Origin: Nitrospirota bacterium
GTDB lineage: Bacteria; Nitrospirota; Thermodesulfovibrionia; Thermodesulfovibrionales; JdFR-88
Length of the DNA: 32,000 nucleotides
NCBI GenBank assembly: GCA_021813405.1
Contig: JAKAKS010000033.1
Location: forward strand, 12,995 to 44,994
Reading direction: 5' to 3'
Both the position numbers and the translations under genes were made by a program. Below are positions 7,454 through 17,163 of the stretch, piece after piece. Every line of letters begins with the position of its first letter. Position 1 is the stretch's first letter. Below the pieces are notes generated by a model. That model saw only the letters and a program-made list of their open reading frames with translations, did not search any database and was not told the DNA's origin.

Positions 7454-10400
7454 TCACTTTCCCTTTACCCTGAATGTATAAAAAATCACAGGCAGTACGA
7501 ACAGCACCAGCGGAAACTGGACCACCAGCCCGGAGATTATGGCTATTGCCAGGGGTTTCAGCATCGCGGCCCCCTGGCCGATGCCGGTTGCAAGCGGCAT
7601 TAAGGCCAGGATGGCGGCAAAAGTAGTCATGGCGATGGGCCGCATCCTGTTTTTCCCCGCGGTTATGAAGGCCTCTTTTCTGTTCATCCCTGCGGGCATT
7701 TCGTAATATTCAGACACGTAAAATATGGCTACCTCGGTTGCTATGCCGATAATCATCGTCATCCCCATCATGGCGGAGATATTTAATTCCGTGCCTGTGA
7801 TAAAAAGGCCCGCAAACACTCCCATGACGGCCAGAAGGCTGGTGATAAGTATTGCCCCGGCAACCAGAAAGCTCTCGTACAGATAAAGAAGCAGCAGGAA
7901 GATTAGCGCAACGGCGGCGGCAAACACGGCCATGAGCCCGGCAAAGGCTATCTTCTGCTGTTTGTAGAGCCCGCCAAGGCTGTAGTAAACCCCGGCAGGG
8001 AAAAGCCCCGGCCGCGCAAGCGCCTTCTTTACGTCACGGATAACAGAGCCCATGTCCCTGCCGGTTATGCGTCCGGTAACGGCGGCCATTCTTTTTAGGT
8101 TGTCCCGTGTAATCTCGGGCTGCCCGCTTATGGCAGTTAATGTGGCAATCCTGCCAAGCGGGAACAGGTGGCCGTCAGGGGCGCGCAACTGCAACTGGGC
8201 AAGCTGCCCGACGGTTGCCCTGTATTTTCCTGGAATCCAGACTCTTACGCCAACCATCTTGGGTTCCTTCTCAACCTGCGTGGTGACAATGCCGCTTAAC
8301 ATCGCGTCCAGGTCCTTTGTGACGGAATCCGGGTCCACCCCTTCCAGGGCGGCTTTCACCCTGTCCACCTTTATATCCAGGGCATCACCGGCAAGTACTA
8401 TGCCGGGGTCCACATCCACCACGCCGGGTATCTTGCTTATCATGTCCGCTATTTTAGGGGCAAGAGTATCCAGCACCTTCCCGTTATCCGAATAGATTTT
8501 TATCTCGATTGGCTGGGGGACGCCGGTAAAATCCCCTATCATGTCTTCAAGGAGCTGGGCCATTTCAATATGCAGGCCCGGTACGGATTTTTCCACGCGC
8601 TTGCGGATGTCATTCATAACCTCGCCAATTGGCTTTCTGGGGAAGGGCTTCAGGCGTATGAAGAAATCGCCCTGGTATGCCTCCGTAACACCGCCGCCAA
8701 GCTGAAGCCCGGTGCGCCTGGAATAGGTCTGCACTTCAGGTGTTGTACGGAGGATGTCTTCCACTTGTCTTAGCAGGCGGTCCGTCTCGGCCAGTGATGT
8801 GCCCGGCTCCGCCAGATAGTCCAGGATGAATCCCCCTTCGTCCATCCTGGGCATGAACCCGGAGCCAAGGTGCTTGTAGCACAGCCATCCACCGATAAGA
8901 AGTGCGGCCACAGGTATCAATACCAGCATGGGGCGGCCAAGCAGGCGGGACATGGTATTTTCGTATTTTTTGTGCGCCTTTTCCGTTACAAAACCGCCTT
9001 CCTTCTGGTCCGCATCCTTTTCACTTAGCAGATGGTCCGCAAGCAGCGGGACGGCAAGCCATGCTACAAAATATGAGATAAAAAGGCTGGCCGCCATTGT
9101 CAGGGAAAGCGCCTTGAAAAAAGCGCCGGTAACGCCGGAGAGGAAAGCCAGCGGCGTGAATATTACTATTGTGGACGCGGAGGACCCCATCAGAGGCCTT
9201 GTAAACTCCCTTGCCGCAAACATGATTTTTTCATGGTGTTCGCCGGGCGCCATACTGCCGCCGCCGCGGAGCCGCCGCACGATGTGTTCCAGCATAACGA
9301 TAGTGTCATCAATTATCAGGCCCACGGCTGCGGCCATGCCGCCAAGCGTCATCATGTTGAAGCTCTGGTGCATTATGTACAAAAGCAGCACCGAGGCCGC
9401 AAGCACCCCCGGCACAGTGATAATGGCTATAAGTGTTATCTTTACGTTCTTAAGGAAGATAAAAAGTATAACGGCCGCAAGCGCAACGCCTATCAGTATG
9501 GCGTCCCTTACACTGCCGGCCGAGGCGTTTATCAGCTGGCTCTGGTCGTACCAGTTTGCTATCTTTACCCCCGCTGGTATCTGGTTTTTAAACCCGGCCA
9601 GTTTCGCTTTCAGGTCTTTTGCTATGCGCACGGTATTTCCGCCGCGCTGCTGGTAAACATTCAGCAGCACGGCGTCGTGGCCGTCCGCTGTTACCCTTGT
9701 CCATTGCGGCACCGTTGCGCGGCTTACGGCGGCCACGTCTTCCAGCAGTACCGGCCCGTTTGCCCCGGAGCGCAAAACCGTGCTGCGGATTTCATCAAGT
9801 CCGGTAAAGCTGGTGTCGGACATTACAAGATAAAGCTTGTAATGGTCCTCCAGGCGGCCCACCGCGGTTATGACGTTTGCTGCAGAGAGGGATTTGGCCA
9901 CGTCCGAAAGCGTAAGTCCGTAAGAGGCAAGTTTTGCCGGGTCCACCGTCACCCGGTATTCCTCGGTGGTGCCGCCCTGTACCTGCACCCTTGCCACGCC
10001 GTTTACCGTGGAAAGAAGCGGGCGGAGCTGATAGAAGGCGAAATCGTGCAACGCGGTAAGGGAAAGATTGTCCGATGTCAGGCTGTAGGCCAGCACCGGG
10101 TCGATTGTGGGGTCCATGCGTTTTACCGAAAAGGTGGTACTCGAAGGCATGGATGGCATCACCTGGTTTATCGCCGATTCCACCTGAAGCAGCGATTCCG
10201 CCATATTCCGGCCCCATCCGAAATCCACCCTCACTTCCGCGCTGCCGCGGCTTGTGGTGGAACGGACGCTTACAACCCCTGGAACAGCCCTTACCGCCTG
10301 CTCCACGGGCAATGTGACCTCGATTGCCATCCGGGTGGCGGGGCGGTCCCCGGCATCCAGCTCGACGGCAATCCTTGGGAAGCTAACGTTTGGAAGCAGG

Positions 10401-10504
10401 GCAACCGGCAGCTTCACACTGCTTGCGATGCCTCCAAGCATCAGCACGGCCAGCAAAAAGAGTATTGAACGGCGGTGGTACTGAACCCATCCGGTGAAAG
10501 TCAT
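7454..10504 (-). CDS. Efflux RND transporter permease subunit (AcrB/CusA-like)
   Basis: 1016 aa, RND architecture: N-terminal TM, LPVALLPNVSFPRIAVE, central GGMAAAVGLIIDDTIVMLEHIVRRLR, C-terminal GMTMIIGIATEVAIFYVSEYYE. Confidence 0.93.
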   Translation of the reverse strand: MTFTGWVQYHRRSILFLLAVLMLGGIASSVKLPVALLPNVSFPRIAVELDAGDRPATRMAIEVTLPVEQAVRAVPGVVSVRSTTSRGSAEVRVDFGWGRNMAESLLQVESAINQVMPSMPSSTTFSVKRMDPTIDPVLAYSLTSDNLSLTALHDFAFYQLRPLLSTVNGVARVQVQGGTTEEYRVTVDPAKLASYGLTLSDVAKSLSAANVITAVGRLEDHYKLYLVMSDTSFTGLDEIRSTVLRSGANGPVLLEDVAAVSRATVPQWTRVTADGHDAVLLNVYQQRGGNTVRIAKDLKAKLAGFKNQIPAGVKIANWYDQSQLINASAGSVRDAILIGVALAAVILFIFLKNVKITLIAIITVPGVLAASVLLLYIMHQSFNMMTLGGMAAAVGLIIDDTIVMLEHIVRRLRGGGSMAPGEHHEKIMFAAREFTRPLMGSSASTIVIFTPLAFLSGVTGAFFKALSLTMAASLFISYFVAWLAVPLLADHLLSEKDADQKEGGFVTEKAHKKYENTMSRLLGRPMLVLIPVAALLIGGWLCYKHLGSGFMPRMDEGGFILDYLAEPGTSLAETDRLLRQVEDILRTTPEVQTYSRRTGLQLGGGVTEAYQGDFFIRLKPFPRKPIGEVMNDIRKRVEKSVPGLHIEMAQLLEDMIGDFTGVPQPIEIKIYSDNGKVLDTLAPKIADMISKIPGVVDVDPGIVLAGDALDIKVDRVKAALEGVDPDSVTKDLDAMLSGIVTTQVEKEPKMVGVRVWIPGKYRATVGQLAQLQLRAPDGHLFPLGRIATLTAISGQPEITRDNLKRMAAVTGRITGRDMGSVIRDVKKALARPGLFPAGVYYSLGGLYKQQKIAFAGLMAVFAAAVALIFLLLLYLYESFLVAGAILITSLLAVMGVFAGLFITGTELNISAMMGMTMIIGIATEVAIFYVSEYYEMPAGMNRKEAFITAGKNRMRPIAMTTFAAILALMPLATGIGQGAAMLKPLAIAIISGLVVQFPLVLFVLPVIFYTFRVKGK

Positions 10505-11604
10505 TTTGTATGCGGCACCTTTACGGCCATCCCGTCTTTAAGTTCGTAGTTGCCAACTACCACAACCTCATCACCCGGTTTCAGGCCCCCGCCGGATACC
10601 AGCGCCAGATTGCCGCTTTCAATGCCTCTTTGAACTATGTGCTTGACAGCTTTTCCATCGCTTACTGTATAAAGCACGTATTTCCCGCCCTCCGGCAGCA
10701 CTGCGCTCCTGGGCACAACCATCCCGTAAGAGGAGGCCATCTGTATCTTGCCCATGACATATTCGCCAAGAAGAAACCCTGCGGATTGCCCGGCCCCTGC
10801 GGAAGGCAACGCAACAAAAACATCCACAAGGCGCGTGGCGGAGTTCACCGCGCGGGAAATCTTCCTTACCCGGCCTGTTATTCCGGTTGGCAGCTGCTGG
10901 TTTACCGGCGAAAGCAGTACGGGCTGCCCTTGAACCAGCCGTCCGGCGGCGTTAGGCTCCATCCCAAGGCGTACCTCCAGGCGGTTTTGAGCTATTGTGC
11001 CAACCAGCGGCTTGCCGTCGGCAACTATAGCGCCGTCCTGAACGTTTACATAGCTTACCAGGCCGCCGGCATCTGCCCGTATTACCCGCATGCCGTCCAC
11101 GCCCATCTTTTGGAAGTTTTTCAGTTGCAATGATGCCTTCCTGAAGTCCTCCTGCGCCTTAAGCATCTGGGTGTTGGTTGCAAGCTTAAGATCGAACAGC
11201 TGCTTTACATGCGCCAGGTTCTGTTTTGAAATATCATAGGAGTTTTCCGCCTGGCCCAGTTGAAGAAGAGTATCGGGGCTGGGTTCCACCTGAATAAGCG
11301 GCTCGCCCCTGGCCACCTTCTGCCCGGCGCTCACCATTACCTGCCCCACCCTTATCTCATATGGCACGGAGGCAACCTGCACCGCGTCCGGCGCGGGGAC
11401 AACTTCGCCAAATGCCGTACCGGCGGCTGAAATCCTCTGCGTTTTTACCGGGGCAACTTCAACGCTTGCCACCGGGCCGCCCGCCTCCGGCGCCGGGCTG
11501 TCCGCGCTTGCCTTTTGCCCCCTGCCTTCAATAAGCTTGTAGCCGCCAAAAGCAAGGCAAACGGCAAAAACCGTAATAAGGACGCCCCTCCAGGGGAATT
11601 TCAT
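10501..11604 (-). CDS. RND efflux periplasmic adaptor (HlyD/MFP family)
   Basis: Likely start MKFPWRGVLITVF; barrel-sandwich and coiled-coil pattern (VRVGQVMVSAGQKVARGEPLIQVE...). 4-nt overlap with the RND gene. The track ORF extends to 11658. Confidence 0.85.
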   Translation of the reverse strand: MKFPWRGVLITVFAVCLAFGGYKLIEGRGQKASADSPAPEAGGPVASVEVAPVKTQRISAAGTAFGEVVPAPDAVQVASVPYEIRVGQVMVSAGQKVARGEPLIQVEPSPDTLLQLGQAENSYDISKQNLAHVKQLFDLKLATNTQMLKAQEDFRKASLQLKNFQKMGVDGMRVIRADAGGLVSYVNVQDGAIVADGKPLVGTIAQNRLEVRLGMEPNAAGRLVQGQPVLLSPVNQQLPTGITGRVRKISRAVNSATRLVDVFVALPSAGAGQSAGFLLGEYVMGKIQMASSYGMVVPRSAVLPEGGKYVLYTVSDGKAVKHIVQRGIESGNLALVSGGGLKPGDEVVVVGNYELKDGMAVKVPHTK

Positions 11605-11617
11605 CAGCGCATACCTC

Positions 11618-12985
11618 CTATTGCAAATACTCTCCGGCGCTGATCTCCAGCGCCACATGCAGTTCCGCCAGCGTCAGCCTGAGCTTCAGCGCGTCCAGCC
11701 TCCTGGTGGCCAGCCTGTTTACCTCGTTGTAATAACTGAGAGCGTCTATGTTGCCCTCAAGAAAACCGTTATACGACACGGATACAAGCTTCCCCAGCGC
11801 CGCCACGGACTTGCCGGCCGCGCTTATCTGGGCCTTAACCGCTTTAATGTTTGCCAGTATGGCCGCTGCATCCGCCCGCGCCTGGAATATCCTGTTCATA
11901 TATTCGTCATACAGCATTTGCCTTGTGGCTTTCTCTATGGCTATATGGCCCTGGTTACGATCGAAAAAAGGCAGTTTAATGGACAAGGAAAAGCCCGTTG
12001 ATATAACGTTGGTATTGTCCCTGGCATGGGAGAACCCGATGCCTATGCTTGGGAACTGTGCGCGCACGGCCTCCCTTAACGCTGCATCCTGGCTCTGGTA
12101 ACCCTGTTTCAAGGCAAGCAGGTCCAGCCTCCTGTTTTCAATCCCTTTCATTATGCCGTTCAGCGAAGGAAGGGTTTTCAAGGCCGGAAACGCCATGTTC
12201 TTTTTCAGCGGGATATAACTTTTGGGGGGAAACCCAAGCACAAGGTTAAGCCTTAGCCGTTCCTGTTCCAGTTTCTGGCTGGTGCTGAGGGCTGTGGAAT
12301 GCGCGCTTCTAAGCGTTGATTCCACCGCATCCAGATCAACAATCGTCATATTGCCTTCGTCAACTGCTTTTTTTATGGCTTGCAGGTTCTGAAGCAGAGT
12401 GTTCTCCTCATTTTTCGCAATCTTCAGCTGCTGCTCCAGCATCATTACCCGATAAACTTCCAGCCTTGCGGACTGGGCCACCTGCCATTCCTGCCAGACT
12501 ATATCAAGGCTGACGGATTCCTTATTGGCCTGCGCCGCGTCAATTTTTGGCCCGCGTGTAAGCAGGGATTTTATGATGCTCCAGTCCAGCCCCAGCCCGT
12601 AGGCGTTCACTGTGCCCTGGTCGCTGCCGCCGCTAGGCACATCCAGGCTGTAACTGAATGCCGGGTTGGGAAGGATGCCAGCCTGCAAAAGCTGGGCATT
12701 GGCAATACCAAGCCGGTCCCTTTCGGCGCGAAGCTGCGGATTTGCGATAACGGCTATAATTGCCGCGTCCTGGGCGGAGATGCCTTTTGCAAAATCTATA
12801 TTTCGCGGCTTGAGGACGGGATGCTTTATCTGCCTGGCCTTTATCCGCAATGATTGAATATCAGGGGCCGCAAGCCTGCCGGAGATGGCCTGCCGGTTAA
12901 TGGGCTTCGGCTGATATATTGCGCAGCCGCAAAGCATGGCAAGCGGCACTATGCATAACAGCTTTTTTATCATGGGAGATCGCAT
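11618..12985 (-). CDS. TolC-like outer membrane efflux lipoprotein
   Basis: Lipobox MIKKLLCIVPLAMLCGC; OEP-type helical repeats (ARLEVYRVMMLEQQLKIAKNEENTLLQNLQAIKKAVDEGNMTIVDLDAVES). The start may be at the internal MIKKLL. Confidence 0.88.
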   Translation of the reverse strand: MRSPMIKKLLCIVPLAMLCGCAIYQPKPINRQAISGRLAAPDIQSLRIKARQIKHPVLKPRNIDFAKGISAQDAAIIAVIANPQLRAERDRLGIANAQLLQAGILPNPAFSYSLDVPSGGSDQGTVNAYGLGLDWSIIKSLLTRGPKIDAAQANKESVSLDIVWQEWQVAQSARLEVYRVMMLEQQLKIAKNEENTLLQNLQAIKKAVDEGNMTIVDLDAVESTLRSAHSTALSTSQKLEQERLRLNLVLGFPPKSYIPLKKNMAFPALKTLPSLNGIMKGIENRRLDLLALKQGYQSQDAALREAVRAQFPSIGIGFSHARDNTNVISTGFSLSIKLPFFDRNQGHIAIEKATRQMLYDEYMNRIFQARADAAAILANIKAVKAQISAAGKSVAALGKLVSVSYNGFLEGNIDALSYYNEVNRLATRRLDALKLRLTLAELHVALEISAGEYLQ

Positions 12986-13095
12986 TTAAAAAATCTTAAA
13001 CAATGGGCATCTTGTTGTCCATGCCTGCCCGCCTCAAATTTTATTGCAATTTTTTTAATATAAGTTCCGGGAATTGCATGGACATTGCGCAAACA

Positions 13096-14526
13096 TTACA
13101 AATCTGCAATGTTGTCCGTTTTGGGATTGGCCGGAATGTAGACAGTAAAAACGGAACCTTCGCCCGGCGCGCTGGAGACCTCCACGCGTCCTTTGTGCGC
13201 CAGAATGATTGCCTTTACAAGGCTCAGGCCAAGCCCAAGCCCCCTTTGTGAGCGGCTTTTGTCCCCGCGGTACAGCCGGTCCCATATTTTCGGGAGTTCC
13301 TGCTGCTGAATGCCGGCGCCTGTATCTGTTATTTGGATAACGGCGCTTTGATTTTCCCTGGATGTTTGGATTTCCACGGACCCTCCGCAATCCGTGTACT
13401 TGACTGCATTGTCCAGCAGGTTAGCGATGGCCTGCTGAATCCTGTTTTTATCCGCAAGCACTTGCATATTTCCCGTGAATGAGGCGCGGATGGCCACATT
13501 CTTTTCTTCCGCCACATAGCTGTAAAGGTCTGTCACCTCATTTATCAGGGCCGACAAGTCCACATCCTGCAAATTAAGCAGCATTGCGCCTGTTTCAGCC
13601 TCCGAGATGTCCATCACAGTGTTAAGCATTGTCAGTATGCGGTCCGCCTCCTCTATGCTGTCGGCCAGCGCGCTTTTCAGCGTGTCCGGGCTGGCTTCAG
13701 AGCGAAGCGCCATCTCAGCGCCGGCGCGAATTCTTGTGATTGGGGTGCGCAGGTCATGGGCCACATTGTCCAGGCCCTCCCTCATACCTTTTATAAGCTT
13801 TTCGATTTTTTCCAGCATGGTGTTAAAAAGCCTGCTTAGTTCCTGAAGCTCATCCTTGCTATCTCCCACAGGCACCCTGGCGTTTATCTCCCCAGTGCCG
13901 ATTATCTGGCGCGTTGCGTTTATCAGGTAGCGTATGGGCCTGAGGGCCCGGAACGTAAGCAGCATCCCCCCGGCAAAACCGGTTATGAATACAGGAATCA
14001 GTATTTTCAGGAATATCGCGCGGAACCGTGCGATCAACTCCTGGCTGTTAACAGTAAGTTTGCCAACCTGCAGGATTAAACCCGGTGTGATGGGTTTTGA
14101 CAATATCTCATACGTGTTCTTCACGCCATTTGAAGAAATAGAAGACCATGGCCCCTTGTTTTCCGTTTGGCCGGTGTCCAGCCGCTCTAAATCCGGCGCC
14201 GGCCATTGCCGGGGGATGGACAGAAAAACCGTCCCCTTTTTCGCATCCGTGAGGCGGACAAAAAAAAGGTCCTGGCCGGTCGAGTCCTTGAACCTTATTT
14301 CGGACAGGGCGCGCTCCAGCCTGCTGCTTCCTCCCATGCGGAAATCGGCTACGTAATCTTCCATTTCGGACTGGATGAGCTTGCGGTCGTTCTGCCTGAA
14401 GGAGAATTTAAGGGAAAAGAATGTAACAAAGAACAAAATCAGGGAACTGGCAATAAATATGGCCGAGTACCAGAAGGCCAGCTGAAAGCCTATTGTTCTG
14501 CTGGATGCCCTAAGCCCTGAAAGCAT
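13096..14526 (-). CDS. Two-component sensor histidine kinase (HAMP + HisKA + HATPase)
   Basis: H-box NVAHDLRTPITRIRAGAEMAL, N-box NRIQQAIANLLDNAVKYT, G-boxes DTGAGI and RGLGLGLSLVKAI. Confidence 0.95.
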   Translation of the reverse strand: MLSGLRASSRTIGFQLAFWYSAIFIASSLILFFVTFFSLKFSFRQNDRKLIQSEMEDYVADFRMGGSSRLERALSEIRFKDSTGQDLFFVRLTDAKKGTVFLSIPRQWPAPDLERLDTGQTENKGPWSSISSNGVKNTYEILSKPITPGLILQVGKLTVNSQELIARFRAIFLKILIPVFITGFAGGMLLTFRALRPIRYLINATRQIIGTGEINARVPVGDSKDELQELSRLFNTMLEKIEKLIKGMREGLDNVAHDLRTPITRIRAGAEMALRSEASPDTLKSALADSIEEADRILTMLNTVMDISEAETGAMLLNLQDVDLSALINEVTDLYSYVAEEKNVAIRASFTGNMQVLADKNRIQQAIANLLDNAVKYTDCGGSVEIQTSRENQSAVIQITDTGAGIQQQELPKIWDRLYRGDKSRSQRGLGLGLSLVKAIILAHKGRVEVSSAPGEGSVFTVYIPANPKTDNIADL

Positions 14527-15181
14527 AACCGATCCCCCTCATCGTCTGGATCAGCTTCTGGTCAAAATCCTTTTCGATCTTGTTTCTCAGCCGGCAAACC
14601 AGCACGTCCACCACATTGGTCTGCGGATCAAAATTATATCCCCATATATGCTCAAGTATCATGGCCTTTGAAACCACCTTGCCCGCATTGCGTAAAAAGT
14701 ATTCAAGGAGGGCAAATTCCCGATACTGCAAATCGATTTTTTTGCCGCCCCTGAATACCTCGCGCGTGAGGAGGTCTATCGAAATGTCCTGGGCGGCCAG
14801 GCGGGTGGTTTCGGCCATGCCTGATGATCTTCGGATCAGCGCCTGCAAACGCGCCAGGAGTTCGGAGAAGGAGAACGGTTTTGTAAGGTAATCGTCGCCG
14901 CCTGCGCGCAGCCCGCGCACCCTGTCGTCCACGGAATGCCTTGCGCTGAGGATTATCACCGGGGTGTTGATCTTCTGGCGGCGAATCTCTTCGATCACAG
15001 CCAGCCCGTCCAGCCGCGGCAGCATGATATCAACTATGGCTGAATCATAAACCCCCGTCTGCAATGCGCGCAGGCCGTCCTCTCCGTTGTCCTCACAATC
15101 CACCGCAAAGCCGGCCTGCTTCATTCCGCTGGATATGAAAGAGGCTATTTTTTTGTCATCCTCTATGATCAGAATGCGCAT
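14510..15181 (-). CDS. OmpR/PhoB-family response regulator
   Basis: Receiver MRILIIEDDKKIASFI...VDIMLPRLDGLAVIEEIR; winged helix C-terminus with WGYNFDPQTNVVDVLVCRLRNKI. Confidence 0.95.
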   Translation of the reverse strand: MRILIIEDDKKIASFISSGMKQAGFAVDCEDNGEDGLRALQTGVYDSAIVDIMLPRLDGLAVIEEIRRQKINTPVIILSARHSVDDRVRGLRAGGDDYLTKPFSFSELLARLQALIRRSSGMAETTRLAAQDISIDLLTREVFRGGKKIDLQYREFALLEYFLRNAGKVVSKAMILEHIWGYNFDPQTNVVDVLVCRLRNKIEKDFDQKLIQTMRGIGYAFRA

Positions 15182-15304
15182 TTCTTCCGGTTCCGCTACT
15201 ATTTATTATAAAAAATGGCGGCTGTTTGTTGCCGGAGTGCCCTGAAAGTGCTATCCTCTAGAATATGCGTGTGCGTCTACATCCCAGGCGTGCAGGAGGA
15301 AAAG

Positions 15305-15619
15305 ATGAATAGCGGATTGAAAGCTGCCATATGCGGTGTTGTTGCCGCAGCGTTTATCGCAACCGGTACCAGCGCCGGCGCATTTACAGGGCAGAAGTAT
15401 TCCAAAGAGGCCAGGATCAGCCTTGCCAAAGCCAGGCATATAGCCCTGAAGGTATATCCGGGCAAGATTGTCTCGGAGGAACTGGAGCATGAAAAAGGCG
15501 GCAGCGGACTCCGCTATTCATTCGATATTACTAACCACGGCAAAACGCATGAAGTGGGAGTGGACGCGGTGACCGGGAAGGTGCTGGAAAATTCAGTGGA
15601 AGGCCCTAATCCGGACTGA
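15305..15619 (+). CDS. Secreted PepSY-domain protein
   Basis: Start MNSGLKAAICGVVAAAFIATG (signal peptide); PepSY pattern ISLAKARHIALKVYPGKIVSEELEHEKGGSGLRYSFDITNHGKTHEVGVDAVTGKVLEN. Divergent from the response regulator. Confidence 0.8.
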   Translation: MNSGLKAAICGVVAAAFIATGTSAGAFTGQKYSKEARISLAKARHIALKVYPGKIVSEELEHEKGGSGLRYSFDITNHGKTHEVGVDAVTGKVLENSVEGPNPD

Positions 15620-16004
15620 TTCTGGTTAACTGCGCGGCCCTGTATTATTAACTGCTAGTTTATTTACAGTTGCACTCTCTTCCGGCCTGACCCTGCTCAG
15701 GACTGGGCTGACCTATCGTCCTTTTTTCCGATGAGCATTGCTGTGCCTGGACATATTTTAGCGCGCTGAACTCCTGAATGGATAACGCCTGCCGCCCTGT
15801 TTATTATCATGCCCATCCAATATGGTTGCTTTGTGATTTCGTGATTCGAGAGGCCAAATGCTTGAAATTTAATGCGGAATACTGGTACAACTATAAAGCT
15901 TTTATCGAAATGTTTTTTTGGATGTTTTTTCACGTGCGGAGCTTTTAACGCCGCAGATATGAAGTAACTCAAGGCCGCAATTTCCACGTCATCGGGAAAC
16001 ATGA

Positions 16005-17099
16005 ATGAATAAAATTGATGCAAGAGATTACAGGCTGGACCTCCTGAAGGCGATTGCGATTAGCCTTGTGTTGTTTTGGCACCTGAAGCCCCTGGGTTTA
16101 ACGGCATCCTCCGCACCAGCCGCCGGACTTGGCAGTATTTTGAATCTAGTCCCTATTGCACTGGGCATATTCTATTATCAGGTTACGCTGATCGGCGTGC
16201 CTGTATTCATTATAGTTTCCCTGTATTTGTTTTACGGGAAAATAGATAAGGACAATTATTTCCGGAATCGGATTTTACGGATAACGCAAATTTTCATATT
16301 CTGGACGGCCATTCAGTTTGGCATTTACTTTCTATTGAAATTTCTCGTATCCGCCGGAGACATCAAAGATCCACATAACTTGTTCCCACAAATCAATTTT
16401 GATGCAATAATCATGGGTGGCCCCGATTTGCCGGTTGTTGGCGGTTCCGTTTTGTATTTTCTTTTCGATTTGATTTTTCTGTACATCCTGGCTTATGGTT
16501 ACCATCGCCTGAACGCCAGAATAAGGAAGCCGCTGGGATGGGTGGTAATAGTTCTTTCCGCGATGTATTTCCAGTTCTGTATTTTTGGTGGGACCTCTGT
16601 GGCATTCTGGAATATAGAAAATTTCCTAGTATATATTCCCATCGCGCATTTTTTAAGATTTTCGGGCCGGTTTTCAAAATTAAAAAAGTTCTATTTGCTT
16701 GGATTCATAATATTCGGGATTGAAGAAAGTAAAATTGCCCTTAAAATGGGTTCCCTGGGTAATGCGCCATACGACCGGATTTCGATAGTTTTTGGCGCAA
16801 TCGCGCTTGTATCATTTGTTTTTGAATCTTCAAGGCTGGCCACCCAGAGGAAAAAGCACGCTGTTATCAGCCTTGTATCCATGTACAGTCTTGGGATTTA
16901 TGCCACTCATAAATACTGGTTTTTATTGCTGAGGCTGTTTGCCGGTTTGTATTACAAGGTTTTTCCCCGGCAGGATGTGCTATTGTTCAATCTTGATTTG
17001 CATATGGCGCGGCTGATAATAGCAACGGCGGCGGTGCTCCTTACATTGCTCTCAGCATACCTGCTTGGCAAAACCCCGTTAAAAAGATTTGTTTCCTGA
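16005..17099 (+). CDS. Acyltransferase 3 family membrane protein
   Basis: DYRLDLLKAIAISLVLFWHL N-terminal motif and about 10 TM helices. Confidence 0.8.
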   Translation: MNKIDARDYRLDLLKAIAISLVLFWHLKPLGLTASSAPAAGLGSILNLVPIALGIFYYQVTLIGVPVFIIVSLYLFYGKIDKDNYFRNRILRITQIFIFWTAIQFGIYFLLKFLVSAGDIKDPHNLFPQINFDAIIMGGPDLPVVGGSVLYFLFDLIFLYILAYGYHRLNARIRKPLGWVVIVLSAMYFQFCIFGGTSVAFWNIENFLVYIPIAHFLRFSGRFSKLKKFYLLGFIIFGIEESKIALKMGSLGNAPYDRISIVFGAIALVSFVFESSRLATQRKKHAVISLVSMYSLGIYATHKYWFLLLRLFAGLYYKVFPRQDVLLFNLDLHMARLIIATAAVLLTLLSAYLLGKTPLKRFVS

Positions 17100-17163
17100 A
17101 AAGCCGTGAAGAAAAGCTTGATTGGCCTTACTAATTCCGGAACGTTTTAATTGCTATTCTCCT

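Noticed and set aside
8928-10468. 242-aa and 411-aa + strand ORFs
   Set aside because: Antisense to the RND permease, which has unambiguous family motifs throughout.
11748-12101. Serine/alanine-rich + strand ORFs opposite the TolC-like gene (also 12380-12853)
   Set aside because: Shadow ORFs opposite a gene with a clear lipobox and outer-membrane efflux protein pattern.
15697-16023. 108-aa - strand ORF in the 15.6-16.0 kb intergenic region
   Set aside because: No recognisable family pattern, no convincing RBS, and it overlaps the start of the acyltransferase gene. Possibly a degenerate remnant but not supportable.
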